Positions 27,609 to 38,385 of a stretch of 64,000 nucleotides of DNA are shown here, piece by piece (position 1 is the stretch's first letter; each line of letters begins with the position of its first letter). A model generated the notes under the pieces. It was not told where the DNA came from. It saw nothing but the letters and a program-made list of their open reading frames with translations, and made no database searches. This stretch comes from Cyclobacteriaceae bacterium (GTDB lineage Bacteria > Bacteroidota > Bacteroidia > Cytophagales > Cyclobacteriaceae). The position numbers were made by a program, and so were the translations under genes. The stretch covers positions 4,076 through 68,075 of the forward strand of contig DATJJP010000030.1 in assembly GCA_035492075.1 (NCBI GenBank), read 5' to 3'.

Positions 27609-30600
27609 ATGAAGAAAATTACCGCATTGACGTTGCTTTTCATGGGAGCCCTGTTCATAGGGGTTCATTTGAGAAATTTCACTGAATTTAGGGAGGAGAA
27701 GGAATACGGGGCAGAGTCCCGAATGGACGGGCCGCAGGAATTTGTGAAATTCCATCAGGGAATCCGAACGCGGTCGGATCAAGATAAACCTGGCTACCCT
27801 GCCAACTATCGATTGGCCGAATTGCATAAAGCGATCGCGTCAGCCGCCAAAAAATCGAACACGTCGAAGACATTGAGCAATCAAAATGGAGTGTCATCAT
27901 TCAAGGAACGAGGTCCAGGGAACGTCCCTGGGAGGACTAGAGGCCTGCTTGTAGATCCCGATGATGCGACTCACAACACGTGGTATGCGGGTTCTGCCTC
28001 AGGTGGAATTTGGAAAACAGCGGATGGAGGAACTACTTGGGCCTGGCTCACACCTAACGTTCCTAATATGGCAACCACCTGCTTTGCGATGGCGGAGTCC
28101 AACCATAATACAATCTACGCCGGTACCGGCGAAGGCTACGGTTCATTGGATGGTGTAGACGGGATGGGCGTGTTCAAGAGTACAGACAGAGGCGCCACTT
28201 GGAGCGTGCTCCCTAATTCGTCTACGCTCCTGAATGTAAACCGAATTCTAGTTGATCCAGCCAATGAGAACCACGTTATCGCCGCGTGCAACGGTGGCAT
28301 CTTTTCGACAAATGATGGTGGTAATAGCTGGGCCAACGTGTACACAGGAGTGGTTCAAGATATTCGCGCAACACCGGGAAATTTTTCCGTTTTATATGGC
28401 GGTGAAAATAGAGTAGGTGTCATTAAGTCGGTGAATGCTGGAGCCACATGGTCAAAGTCCAATGTTGCGATGGCTCCAACGGGACGAGTAGAGATAGCCG
28501 TGTCGCCTGTTAAGACAGATCGGATTGTAGCTTCCGCTGAAGGAAATTTGTCGGGAACAAGCAACAACCTTACAGGCTCTTCTGATCTTTATTTGTCGGA
28601 TGATGCTGGGCTTACTTGGAGCCTGGTCACTTTGGTTCAAAATAATATCACGGTTGACTATTTGGGGGACCAAGGTTGGTATGACAACACGGTGGCATTT
28701 AGTCCTTACAACAAAGATGTCGTTTATGTTGGTGGAGTCAACGCATTTCAAGTGACCTTGGGTGCCCCTGCGACGGGAAGTAACGGGGTTTACTCGGTGA
28801 ATGAGTCAGGCACAACTTCGTTTTTGACACTTGTTAATTTTGGTGCGTCTGGTTATGGAGGAAAACTCGATATCGGAAGCAATGCCACACACGACACGGT
28901 TGAGGTTCGCTACGGACCGAGCTTAACGCAAAAGGCTCATCGATTTTTAGTTCCCGCTGGCTCAACGTCAGGTGTGCCTGATGCGAGCTATACTTATCAA
29001 GACTATGTGGATGTTCCTTTTCAAGTGTGGGATATTAAAAACAATCAGCAATTGATGGTGTCGTTTCGCGACCAAGGCCGTAACGGTGTATTTGATCTCT
29101 TGGCCCAGAATACCGATGCTACGGATGCGACCCAACAGAGTAGAGAATATGTCTTTATCAACAATGTTCCCTACAGTACCACCCCGAGCGCATCCATTGC
29201 TGTGGCCGGCGGTCAAAGATTTCAAGAGATGTATTTCTATTGGCCTGTCTTGACGAGCGGCGCTACCTGGAATCCTTCGTCTCTTCCTTCTTCAAAATTT
29301 CAAATTGTGTACTCAACTCTTGGCAGTTATTCGAGCACCGTAAAAACAGTGGCCGATGCCTATGGCGGTTATGATGGGGTTAATAACCGATTAGTCGTCC
29401 ATCCAGATCACCACAACATCTACCCGATCAAACAAAATGACGCTTCGCAACAATTTCAACTACTCTTGGCCAACGACGGGGGAATCTTCCTCTCAAGTAT
29501 CTCTGCGTCACCAGGCACAACGCAGGGCGAATGGAAGAGAGTGGCTACAGGTTACAACACGAGTCAAGTTTACGGTGCAGACAAGAAGCCAGGGGCTCAA
29601 GAATATTTTGCGGGTATGCAAGACAACTCCACGTATTTCACTCCTACGGGGACAGTCTCATCGGCAAGTTCTAACTTCAACACAAACACCAAATTGACCG
29701 GCGACGGTTTTGAAGTGTTGTGGCATACTGGCGACGGAAACAAAATGATCGGTGGTTCTCAGAGTAATAATTTCTCGCGGTCGCTTGATGGAGGAACGAC
29801 GTGGAGTTCTGCAACCTCCGGTTTTCCTATGAGTAACGGCGCCCCGACCGCCAACAAGTTTCCGTTTATTTCAAAATTGGAATGTTCCAAACAGACGCCC
29901 GATAACATTTACACTGTGGGTGCAGATGGAGTATGGCGGTCTACCAATTTCGGAGCGAATTGGACTTTAACGTCGATTGGGACGGGGTGGGGTACAATGA
30001 CATCATTTACGGATGTTGAGGTATCAAGAGCAAATCCAAATATTGTCTGGGCGGGCTCAGGGCAATTTGGTACAACGACACTGTTTGTGTCAACGAATGC
30101 TGGACAGACTTTCACGTCGGTGCCAAATCCTGCCGGCTATACGCTTGGAAACATCACGCGGATTGCTACTCATCCTCTAGAACCAAACACGGCATACGCC
30201 CTCTACTCCTTTGCGAAAACTGCCAAGATATTGAAGACCACCGATCTTGGTCAAACGTGGACAGACATCAGCGGGTTTGGGACGGGGTCAACCAGCACAA
30301 CTGGTTTTCCGGATGTAGCGGTTTACTCCTTGTACGTACGGCTGGACGACCCCAACATTATTTGGGCGGGAACTGAAATCGGTATTGCTGAGTCACTTGA
30401 CGGCGGAGCGACTTGGGCCATGTTGACGTCTTTCCCGGCGGTTGGTGTTTGGGATATGAAGGGTCAGGATAAAGAAATAGTAATCGGCACACATGGTCGT
30501 GGCATTTGGACTGCCTCTATCGGAACGGATCAAATAGGTGTTTCAAAAATTATTGCATCTGGAACGACTCCTCAATCAAAATTTGCTGTTCTTATTAACG

Positions 30601-31601
30601 CTCCGTATAAATATGATTCAATAATGATATCATTCAACCCGGGTGGTTTGTTGAAATTCACTCCGCCCGATTCAGGAACATATGCTTTGCAAATCTCCAA
30701 CGTACCCATTGGCGCCCTGTCAATACAGACATTTAGTTATAGAAATGGGGTCTCTGCGACATCACCATCGTTCAGCGGAACAAATCTTAAGTTGAATGCT
30801 TACCAGCAAAAATACTATGACTACATGATCGACTTGAGCAAGTTCAGCCTGAATGGATTTAGCCTGGCATCGTTTGGCCAATCGAATAGCAGTCTTCAGA
30901 GTCAACACAACTACCCTGCAAACAGCTCGGAGACGGCGACATTGCTTGTTCCCATTATTGTTTCGGCTGCGACAAGTTCTTTTATTTATGATGATGTCGC
31001 CATCGTTCAGCCCACTACCACGGGAGCCGTTTTCGGGCAACCCGGATTCAACGACTATGTAATTGCAGAAGCCACCAAAGACGGCCTTACTTGGGTGCCG
31101 ATTGCAAACGGATATAATGCATCGGCGAACGCAGATTGGAATTCTGCTTATCAATTCAATAAGGCGGGCGACATATCCATGACAAAGACTGAGAATTTCG
31201 ATTTGAAGACCCATTTTACGGCGGGAGATACTCTGTTGATTCGATTTAGATTGACTGCCAACAACGATAATACAGTCAGTTGGGGATGGTCGATAGACAA
31301 CCTATACATCCAACAGCCTCCTACCGCGGTGGAGCCATCGGGCCTTGTGGGTTTGACGATTTCCCCAAATCCATCTTCCGGCAAATTTCTTGTCAGTTAC
31401 TCTTTGACACAGGAAAGCGACGTCACCCTTGCTGCCTGGGACATTACCGGAAGGAAAGTTATCAGTCAAGATTTCGGAATACAGTTGCCTGGAAAAAATC
31501 AGGCTGAGTTTGATCTTGAGGGAATGGCGGATGGCGTGTACTTTGCTCGCCTAAAAACTTCGGATGGTGAAAAGACGGTAAAACTGCTTCTCAAAAAATA
31601 G
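27609..31601 (+). CDS. BNR/Asp-box (sortilin/VPS10-like) beta-propeller protein with T9SS C-terminal sorting domain
   Basis: Many S/T-x-D-x-G-x-T-W boxes (KTADGGTTW, KSTDRGATW, STNDGGNSW, SVNAGATW, SDDAGLTW, RSLDGGTTW, TTDLGQTW, ESLDGGATW). C-terminus ISPNPSSGKFLVSY...WDITGRKV...GVYFARLKT...KLLLKK. Confidence 0.88.
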   Translation: MKKITALTLLFMGALFIGVHLRNFTEFREEKEYGAESRMDGPQEFVKFHQGIRTRSDQDKPGYPANYRLAELHKAIASAAKKSNTSKTLSNQNGVSSFKERGPGNVPGRTRGLLVDPDDATHNTWYAGSASGGIWKTADGGTTWAWLTPNVPNMATTCFAMAESNHNTIYAGTGEGYGSLDGVDGMGVFKSTDRGATWSVLPNSSTLLNVNRILVDPANENHVIAACNGGIFSTNDGGNSWANVYTGVVQDIRATPGNFSVLYGGENRVGVIKSVNAGATWSKSNVAMAPTGRVEIAVSPVKTDRIVASAEGNLSGTSNNLTGSSDLYLSDDAGLTWSLVTLVQNNITVDYLGDQGWYDNTVAFSPYNKDVVYVGGVNAFQVTLGAPATGSNGVYSVNESGTTSFLTLVNFGASGYGGKLDIGSNATHDTVEVRYGPSLTQKAHRFLVPAGSTSGVPDASYTYQDYVDVPFQVWDIKNNQQLMVSFRDQGRNGVFDLLAQNTDATDATQQSREYVFINNVPYSTTPSASIAVAGGQRFQEMYFYWPVLTSGATWNPSSLPSSKFQIVYSTLGSYSSTVKTVADAYGGYDGVNNRLVVHPDHHNIYPIKQNDASQQFQLLLANDGGIFLSSISASPGTTQGEWKRVATGYNTSQVYGADKKPGAQEYFAGMQDNSTYFTPTGTVSSASSNFNTNTKLTGDGFEVLWHTGDGNKMIGGSQSNNFSRSLDGGTTWSSATSGFPMSNGAPTANKFPFISKLECSKQTPDNIYTVGADGVWRSTNFGANWTLTSIGTGWGTMTSFTDVEVSRANPNIVWAGSGQFGTTTLFVSTNAGQTFTSVPNPAGYTLGNITRIATHPLEPNTAYALYSFAKTAKILKTTDLGQTWTDISGFGTGSTSTTGFPDVAVYSLYVRLDDPNIIWAGTEIGIAESLDGGATWAMLTSFPAVGVWDMKGQDKEIVIGTHGRGIWTASIGTDQIGVSKIIASGTTPQSKFAVLINAPYKYDSIMISFNPGGLLKFTPPDSGTYALQISNVPIGALSIQTFSYRNGVSATSPSFSGTNLKLNAYQQKYYDYMIDLSKFSLNGFSLASFGQSNSSLQSQHNYPANSSETATLLVPIIVSAATSSFIYDDVAIVQPTTTGAVFGQPGFNDYVIAEATKDGLTWVPIANGYNASANADWNSAYQFNKAGDISMTKTENFDLKTHFTAGDTLLIRFRLTANNDNTVSWGWSIDNLYIQQPPTAVEPSGLVGLTISPNPSSGKFLVSYSLTQESDVTLAAWDITGRKVISQDFGIQLPGKNQAEFDLEGMADGVYFARLKTSDGEKTVKLLLKK

Positions 31602-31613
31602 CACAACCCACTT

Positions 31614-31997
31614 ATGAGTCAGAAATTTACATTGATCACGGGCGCCCTATTGGGAGCACTCGGCGTGGGAATTGGGGCATTTGGCGCGCACGCCTTAAAA
31701 GATTTGTTAACACAAAATGGCAGGCAAGAAACTTATGAGCTTGCAGTGCGCTATCAGTTCTATCATGCCCTGGGAATGTTGCTCATCGGTTTGCTCATGG
31801 AAAAATATCCATCTGCGTCCACACAGTGGTCATCGTTACTGATGCTGCTCGGAGTTATTTTTTTCAGCGGAAGCCTTTACATCTATTCGTTAACAAACGC
31901 TAAAGGCTTTGCTATGGTGACACCTGTTGGGGGGCTATTTTTACTCGCCGGTTGGTTAATGTTATTGTACACGATAGCGTCGAACAAAGGCATCTAG
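31614..31997 (+). CDS. DUF423 (YgdD-like) membrane protein
   Basis: Four TM helices with GAFGAHAL and YQFYHAL motifs. Confidence 0.8.
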   Translation: MSQKFTLITGALLGALGVGIGAFGAHALKDLLTQNGRQETYELAVRYQFYHALGMLLIGLLMEKYPSASTQWSSLLMLLGVIFFSGSLYIYSLTNAKGFAMVTPVGGLFLLAGWLMLLYTIASNKGI

Positions 31998-32386
31998 GGC
32001 TTCTTCTTCTCAAGAACATTCACGGAAAATGTGATTTGACTATTTCCGGCAGGCGCATTCGATATCACGGTAGCCACTTTATTCTGCCGACCTATCTTGT
32101 GCGTGCTATCAAACTGCACAGTGATCTCTCCTTTCCCTCCAGGATTGATTGGGTCACGAGGCCAGCCTTTGGGTATGGTGCAACCACACGTTACTTCCAC
32201 ATTGGTGATGACCAAAGGCTCCGAACCAGTATTTGTGAACTTGAAAGTGTGTTCCACTTTTTCGCCTTGCACAATATCTCCAAAGTCATGTGTATTTTTA
32301 TCCCAGGCAATGCCTGGCCCCTGCTTTGATTGGCCTGACGAAAAAAAAGAAATCAGGACCAGGAGAAACGGCGCGGAAATTTTCAT
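31994..32386 (-). CDS. DUF1573 domain protein
   Basis: Signal peptide plus HDFGDIVQGEKVEHTFKFTNTGSEPLVITNVEVTCGCT, the hallmark of DUF1573. Confidence 0.85.
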   Translation of the reverse strand: MKISAPFLLVLISFFSSGQSKQGPGIAWDKNTHDFGDIVQGEKVEHTFKFTNTGSEPLVITNVEVTCGCTIPKGWPRDPINPGGKGEITVQFDSTHKIGRQNKVATVISNAPAGNSQITFSVNVLEKKKP

Positions 32387-32429
32387 AGATGTTTATTAGG
32401 AATAACTAGTTCACTTTAAAAACGCAAAA

Positions 32430-32903
32430 ATGCAAGATGAAGTTCAGCAATATTACGGAAACAAGGTTAGGGCTCGGGTGTGCGGCATTTGCATTGTTGA
32501 TGAAAGAATTTTGCTGATCAATCACACCGGAATCACCAAAACCAATTTTTGGTCACCTCCCGGAGGCGGGCTGAATTTTGAAGAACCCGCAGAGGCAGGT
32601 GTAAAACGAGAGTTCTTGGAAGAAACAGGCCTTCAGATAGAAGTTGGAGATTTTCTCTTTGCGTGTGAATTCATAAACCCACCGTTGCATGCTATCGAAT
32701 TGTTTTTTCAAGTGCAGCCGCTCACTCCTACGTTAAGGACCGGTGGCGATCCAGAGACAGGCAGCCCATCCATCATACGCGAGGTCAAATACAAATCATG
32801 GGCTGAAGTTGCAAATATCCCCCACAACGAGCTGCACGGAATTTTTCGATTCACAGATCACCCTGCAGAGATCGGTAGGTTGAGGGGCTTTTTTAAGCTT
32901 TAG
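32430..32903 (+). CDS. NUDIX hydrolase
   Basis: Nudix box GGGLNFEEPAEAGVKREFLEETGL. Confidence 0.88.
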   Translation: MQDEVQQYYGNKVRARVCGICIVDERILLINHTGITKTNFWSPPGGGLNFEEPAEAGVKREFLEETGLQIEVGDFLFACEFINPPLHAIELFFQVQPLTPTLRTGGDPETGSPSIIREVKYKSWAEVANIPHNELHGIFRFTDHPAEIGRLRGFFKL

Positions 32904-32959
32904 ACAGTCAAAATTCAGGCTCAAAAATATTTATATTGCGTAAGTAAAACCACACTCAC

Positions 32960-33841
32960 TTGCAGACTTTAGCAGCGAACTACAAGCTCATCAAGAAAGT
33001 CAAAGACGACCGGTTTGACGATGAGCGCTTGAACGATCATTCGTTGTTAATTCAAACGGGCCCAAAAGATTTTCAACTGGCCGTCATTGATTCTGAAAAC
33101 AGGCTGATGTTGCTTGAAGATTACGCCATGGGCAACGTCATGTCTCATGAAGAACTGCTCATCGCTTTGCAAGACCTTTTTGATGCACATGCTATTCTTA
33201 AAGCCGGTTTTTGGAAGGAAGTTAAAATCGGGATCAAGAATGGCAAATTTTGCCAAGTGCCTACGGAGTTGTTTGTAGAAGCAAGTGCAGAATCCTATCT
33301 CAAGCAAAATGCAACGATAGATACCAGCAAAGAAAAAGTGTTGTGCTGCACGAATCAACGACCCAATTCGACCACCGTTTTTGCCATTCAAAACGAGTTG
33401 CATCATTGGCTCACCAACATTTACAAAAACACGGCATTCAACATTTATCATCAGTCGACTGCTTTAATAGAAGGTGTGGTCAACGAATCGAAAATGGGTG
33501 CCAACACGCTGTTCGTTTACGTGGACCGGTTTAAGTTGCACGTGCTGTCTGCCCAACAGGGAAATCTTGTTTACTACAATCAGTTCCCTATCAAGCAATT
33601 TGCTGACTATGTAAAATACATCATGCTTGTGCTCAAAGGGTTGAATATGGATCAACAAAACAGTGAGATTGTACTGTGGGGCTACATTGGCAAAAATTCT
33701 CCCCACTCGCAAGAGCTCGTCAAGTACATTCGCAATGTTTCTTTTGGTGGCCGACCAAAGAACATTCAGTTCAGTTATCTGTTCGATGAAATTCAAGATC
33801 ACCATTTCTTTGACCTCCTTTCTTTGCATTTACTCAAATGA
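32960..33841 (+). CDS. DUF3822 family protein
   Basis: Conserved Bacteroidota partner located immediately upstream of and overlapping coaD. The predicted start is a TTG, so the exact start is uncertain. Confidence 0.7.
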   Translation: MQTLAANYKLIKKVKDDRFDDERLNDHSLLIQTGPKDFQLAVIDSENRLMLLEDYAMGNVMSHEELLIALQDLFDAHAILKAGFWKEVKIGIKNGKFCQVPTELFVEASAESYLKQNATIDTSKEKVLCCTNQRPNSTTVFAIQNELHHWLTNIYKNTAFNIYHQSTALIEGVVNESKMGANTLFVYVDRFKLHVLSAQQGNLVYYNQFPIKQFADYVKYIMLVLKGLNMDQQNSEIVLWGYIGKNSPHSQELVKYIRNVSFGGRPKNIQFSYLFDEIQDHHFFDLLSLHLLK

Positions 33842-34293
33842 AACGTATCGCTATTTTTCCTGGGTCTTTCGATCCGTTCACCAAGGGACATGAAGACATT
33901 GTACTTCGAGGACTGAAATTATTTGATGAGATCATTATCGCCATTGGGTATAACAGCGGCAAGAGTCAACGCTACTTTCCTGTTGACTTCATGATTGGAA
34001 AGATAAACGAGACGTTCAAAGGGCTTCCGCAGATCAGCGTGCAAACTTATGCCGAACTGACTGCAGATTTTGCGAAAAGGAACGGCTCAAAGTATTTGTT
34101 GCGTGGGCTGCGCAACACTACTGACTTTGAATACGAAAACAGCATTGCCCAAGTGAACCGTCATTTGAACACGGAGCTTGAATCGGTGTTTTTAATTACC
34201 TCACCACAATTTGCTTCGATCAACTCGTCGATCATTCGGGAAGTGCACCGGTACAAAGGTGATGTATCCGGTTTGCTGCCTTATACGCTTTAA
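33838..34293 (+). CDS. coaD: pantetheine-phosphate adenylyltransferase
   Basis: IAIFPGSFDPFTKGHEDIV (nucleotidyltransferase T/HxGH motif), ~150 aa, and C-terminal ISSSxIRE-like SINSSIIRE. Confidence 0.93.
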   Translation: MKRIAIFPGSFDPFTKGHEDIVLRGLKLFDEIIIAIGYNSGKSQRYFPVDFMIGKINETFKGLPQISVQTYAELTADFAKRNGSKYLLRGLRNTTDFEYENSIAQVNRHLNTELESVFLITSPQFASINSSIIREVHRYKGDVSGLLPYTL

Positions 34294-34309
34294 TAAATTC
34301 CAGACTGAG

Positions 34310-34990
34310 TCAATACTTGACCTTCTCGTTCTTATAGTATTCCTCGAAAACAAAGCGGATGGATTTGTAAGAATTTTCGAGTGCGTGATACACTTCTTTT
34401 TCTGTCATCCAGCGGAGTTCTTCAATATCTTCTTCAACGGCCGGTTTCATTTTTGAGTCATCGACCAAGTCCATGACGTACCAACTCGTCTTTTTGATCA
34501 TATTGTTTTTGTTCATGGTGTAGGTGTGCCACGTGGTGCAGATTTTTTTTCCCAGTTTCACCTCAACACCACATTCTTCTCCCACCTCACGCACCGCAGT
34601 TTCTTTCGAACGTTCGCCACTGTCTTTTTTACCTTTTGGAAGGTCCCATTTCTTCATGCGGTAAATCATCAGGAACTTCTCTTTTTTTCTTACCAAACCG
34701 CCAGCCGCCTTCACTACTTTAAACTTCCTTTTCAAATAGGTCTTTACGGCGCCGTAGTCATTGATGGTAATGCAAAGCGAGATGAGGTTGATCGGCACCT
34801 TGGAATTGATAAGGTCGAGAATCAGATCAATATCGGCTAGGCTGGCATTATTTACCCACACATGGTTGATGAGCTTTGCCTTGGTGACGGGTTCGCTTGA
34901 TGCATTGATGGCGTGGTTGAAATCGCCAGATTGAGGCTTGTGGCCTGCTTTCAAAATCCTTACGGGGATATCGTTTACGAAAAGATTCAT
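34310..34990 (-). CDS. NUDIX hydrolase with ~90-aa N-terminal extension
   Basis: Nudix box LPKGKKDSGERSKETAVREVGEECGV. Start placed at MNLFVN (34990). Confidence 0.8.
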   Translation of the reverse strand: MNLFVNDIPVRILKAGHKPQSGDFNHAINASSEPVTKAKLINHVWVNNASLADIDLILDLINSKVPINLISLCITINDYGAVKTYLKRKFKVVKAAGGLVRKKEKFLMIYRMKKWDLPKGKKDSGERSKETAVREVGEECGVEVKLGKKICTTWHTYTMNKNNMIKKTSWYVMDLVDDSKMKPAVEEDIEELRWMTEKEVYHALENSYKSIRFVFEEYYKNEKVKY

Positions 34991-35093
34991 TCGGAGTCCA
35001 ACTATTGTGCAAAAAGTTAAAATATTTGCAATCAACCAACACGGTGTAAGATTTAAAGCAAAAAAATCGCTGAAATCATTCTAATTTGCGCGC

Positions 35094-35741
35094 ATGAGTT
35101 TTGTTATCATCGAAAATTCTACAGCTAGGCCAGTGGCGTCCATGCTCCTAGACATTGGCGCGATCAAACTAAATCATAAAAACCCATTTACGTGGAGTTC
35201 GGGTTGGAAGTCACCGGTTTACTGCGACAATCGCCTTGCTCTCTCCTATCCCGAAATCAGGTCTTTTGTAAAGGATTCCCTTGCAAATACAGTCAAGAAA
35301 AAATTCCCCGAGGCAGAATACATCGCCGGCGTTGCAACAGCGGGAATCCCACAGGGAGCGCTGGTAGCGGACGTTCTGGGCCTGCCCTTTGTGTACGTGC
35401 GGCCCAAGCCAAAGGACCATGGGATGGGTAATCTGATTGAAGGCAAAATTGATCCCGGCAAGAAAGCCGTGATGATCGAAGACTTGATTTCTACCGGTGG
35501 AAGCTCGTTGAAGGCCGCACAAGCCATGCGAGAAGCGGGGTTCAATGTCATCGGGATGGTGGCTATTTTTACATACGGTTTTGACGTCGCCGATAAGAGC
35601 TTTGAACAGGCCAAGACACCGTTGGTTTGTTTGAGCAACTTCGACTATCTACTTGAAGAAGCTGTGGCAAAGAAATATTTAGACGAAAGCCAACTTGCGC
35701 ATGTAAAAAGCTGGCGACAAGACCCTTCCAACTGGAAGTAG
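35094..35741 (+). CDS. pyrE: orotate phosphoribosyltransferase
   Basis: PRPP-binding motif KAVMIEDLISTGGS, and SGWKSPVYCDNR, which is typical of PyrE. Confidence 0.92.
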   Translation: MSFVIIENSTARPVASMLLDIGAIKLNHKNPFTWSSGWKSPVYCDNRLALSYPEIRSFVKDSLANTVKKKFPEAEYIAGVATAGIPQGALVADVLGLPFVYVRPKPKDHGMGNLIEGKIDPGKKAVMIEDLISTGGSSLKAAQAMREAGFNVIGMVAIFTYGFDVADKSFEQAKTPLVCLSNFDYLLEEAVAKKYLDESQLAHVKSWRQDPSNWK

Positions 35742-35782
35742 TTTGACCTTATGACTCTGTAAGACGAGTTTATTTCCCTCCA

Positions 35783-38347
35783 TTAGCTTTCCTTTCTCAG
35801 AGCTTGCAGCGGTGATGTATTGATCACGTCTCTGGAATTGAACCAGCCGATAAAAGCGGTCAACACGACGACCCCTAGGCTGATGAGCAAAAGCTCTCCA
35901 TAGTTGACGGCAAATTGAACCTCAAAGAAAAATTTTGTGAGCAACCATCCTCCACCGATGGACAGAATCATCGCCGTGAGAGAACTGAACAATCCTAAGT
36001 AGCCGTATTCAATCAAGGTAATTTTTACGATCTGGCTAGTTCGTGCGCCCACCGTTCGCAACAAGACATTTTCCTTGATGCGAACAAATTTGCTGTTGAT
36101 AACGGCACCTGCCAATACGATCAGGCCTGTAATGATGCTAAAGAACGCGAGAAAACGCACGACTAAGCTGATGCGTTCGAATAGTTCATTTACCGTGCTA
36201 AGCACCAATCGCAAATCAATGAGCGACACATTGGGAAACGAGGTCACTAATTCCTTTTGAAATTTTGCGGCTTGTTGATCTTCTATTTTTGTAGCGACTA
36301 CCCAAATTTGTGGTGCATCGGCAAGAGCTTTGGGTGGAAAGACAAAAATAAAATTGGGTGGGTCTTTTGGCCAATCGACTTTACGCACGCCGCCGATGAT
36401 CGTTTTCATTGGCACTCCTTGTACATCAAATTCCACAGAGTCGCCCACTTTTAGGAGAAGACGCTCGCCGATGTCTTCAGAAACGGTAACAAAAATCGAG
36501 TCTGTTTTGCCCGACGAATACCGTTGGAGTTTGCCTTTTGCCAGTTCTTCAGAACGGATTAAGCTATCGCGGTAAGTGACACGATACTCTCGAGTAAGCA
36601 GACCGTCGCTGATTCTTATTGTGTCCTTTCGTATTTCTTCGATCGTTTTTCCTTTTAGCTTGTTGATCCTGCAAGTGACAATCGGAACCACCTGGTTGAG
36701 AGGCAAATTGTGCTTCTTGACTAAGTCCACGACTCCGTTTTTCTGGCTGGATTGAATATCAAACAAGATCGTGTTTGACTGATTCGAATTCCCCTTGAAC
36801 TCCACTTGATTCAGTAAACTGTGTTGAATGATATTTAGGACAGAGATAATAAATGCACCGAGGCCAATCGACACCATCAGCATCCGCGTTTGGTTGTTGG
36901 GTCGAAACAAATTCGACAGCGCATGTCTGAAAATAAAAGATGCTTTGGACGGGAAAAATCGGCGAATCAAAAACAAAAGGCCGCTGGCCACCAACACCAA
37001 ACAGCCAAGGGCTACGGCAATTCCAGCGGAAAATGTGGCTCCAGATATCACACTTTTGGTTTGATAGGCAGCCGCGAGAATCGGAAACAAAACAATCAAA
37101 ATGATGGCAGCCAATCGGGTTCTGGAGAAAATCTTGCCTGGCAAAAAATCACTGCGCAACACCGTAAGTGGTGGCACAAATCGCACCGAAACCAAAGGCA
37201 AAATGGTGAACAATGTTGACACTATTGCCCCGGTCAAAACACCCTCTGCTATCGCACGCCATGACAGGGCAAATTGGATATTTCCGGGAAGGTAGTCTTT
37301 GAACACGATCGGAATCAGTTGGTGTATTCCAACACCCAGCAGTGCTCCGACCAAACTGCCCGCAATTCCCAGCACAAAGACTTGGATGAAATAGATGTTA
37401 AAAGCTTGCCATCCCGATGAGCCCACGCAACGTAGCATCGCCACTTCGTCGCGTTTTTCACGCGCATAAATATGAACTGAACTCGCAACACCAATGCAAC
37501 CAAGGATCAACGCGATAAATGCCAATAAGGAAAAGAACTGATATATACCACGAAAAGTCCGGCCAAGTCCTTCTTTTCGCCTCTCCACTGTTTCGATCGA
37601 GTTTCCTAGTCGCTTCGCCAACGGCCGCACCTTGGTTAAAAGTGACTTTGTTTCCTGTTCATCTTTTGTCTTCACATAAATGCTGTAACCTACTCGGCTT
37701 CCATATTGAATAAGTCCTGTGGAATCCAATGCGGAAAGGGAAATATAAATAGCGGGAGCGATCGTGGCAGTGATTGCACCACCACCCGGGATTTTTGTGA
37801 CCACCCCAGCCATCAAGAATTTCTTCGTTCCGACCTTGATCGAGTCGCCAACTTTTACATTGAATTGCACCGCCAGCAATTCATCGAGCATAATGTAGTC
37901 TCCGATCTGCGTTTTGAGATAGGCGTCGGTGGGGCGGGTAACCATCTTCCCATAAAACGGAAACTCTCCCTGCAGTCCTGTCACCTTCACTAAACGAGAA
38001 TTCCCGGAATTCATGAACAATACCATAGAAGCCATATCGGCATCTTTAGCGACTTTCACTTTGGCACTATCAAGGAATTCCTTCCAGGCAGAATCAAATT
38101 TCTTATTTCCATTGATGACGAAATCGGCACCAAGCAATTCCTTTGCATTCCGATCGAGTTCATTTTGGAAGGAGTAGTTAAGAGAGCTGATGGCCACAAT
38201 GGCAGCGATGCCAGTGACGAGAGCCGCCATAAACAGCGACAACCTTGAGAAATTGTGACGACCATCGCGCCAAGCCATTTTCCAAACCCATCGATCTTGA
38301 AAAATGTTTTTTGTCTTCCTCTTTATTTTGATGATGTATTCTATCAT
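35783..38347 (-). CDS. FtsX-family ABC transporter permease, duplicated (YbbP-like, ~10 TM)
   Basis: Two FtsX modules separated by extracytoplasmic domains. Downstream of its cognate ATPase. A possible later start is MAWRDGRHNF (38278). Confidence 0.85.
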   Translation of the reverse strand: MIEYIIKIKRKTKNIFQDRWVWKMAWRDGRHNFSRLSLFMAALVTGIAAIVAISSLNYSFQNELDRNAKELLGADFVINGNKKFDSAWKEFLDSAKVKVAKDADMASMVLFMNSGNSRLVKVTGLQGEFPFYGKMVTRPTDAYLKTQIGDYIMLDELLAVQFNVKVGDSIKVGTKKFLMAGVVTKIPGGGAITATIAPAIYISLSALDSTGLIQYGSRVGYSIYVKTKDEQETKSLLTKVRPLAKRLGNSIETVERRKEGLGRTFRGIYQFFSLLAFIALILGCIGVASSVHIYAREKRDEVAMLRCVGSSGWQAFNIYFIQVFVLGIAGSLVGALLGVGIHQLIPIVFKDYLPGNIQFALSWRAIAEGVLTGAIVSTLFTILPLVSVRFVPPLTVLRSDFLPGKIFSRTRLAAIILIVLFPILAAAYQTKSVISGATFSAGIAVALGCLVLVASGLLFLIRRFFPSKASFIFRHALSNLFRPNNQTRMLMVSIGLGAFIISVLNIIQHSLLNQVEFKGNSNQSNTILFDIQSSQKNGVVDLVKKHNLPLNQVVPIVTCRINKLKGKTIEEIRKDTIRISDGLLTREYRVTYRDSLIRSEELAKGKLQRYSSGKTDSIFVTVSEDIGERLLLKVGDSVEFDVQGVPMKTIIGGVRKVDWPKDPPNFIFVFPPKALADAPQIWVVATKIEDQQAAKFQKELVTSFPNVSLIDLRLVLSTVNELFERISLVVRFLAFFSIITGLIVLAGAVINSKFVRIKENVLLRTVGARTSQIVKITLIEYGYLGLFSSLTAMILSIGGGWLLTKFFFEVQFAVNYGELLLISLGVVVLTAFIGWFNSRDVINTSPLQALRKES

Positions 38348-38385
38348 GGGTGATTCAGAGATTCAAGGTGATGTACATCATCGTC

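Noticed and set aside
30762-31214. 150-aa ORF antisense to the BNR/T9SS gene
   Set aside because: No motifs, and it is embedded in a well-supported 1330-aa coding frame.
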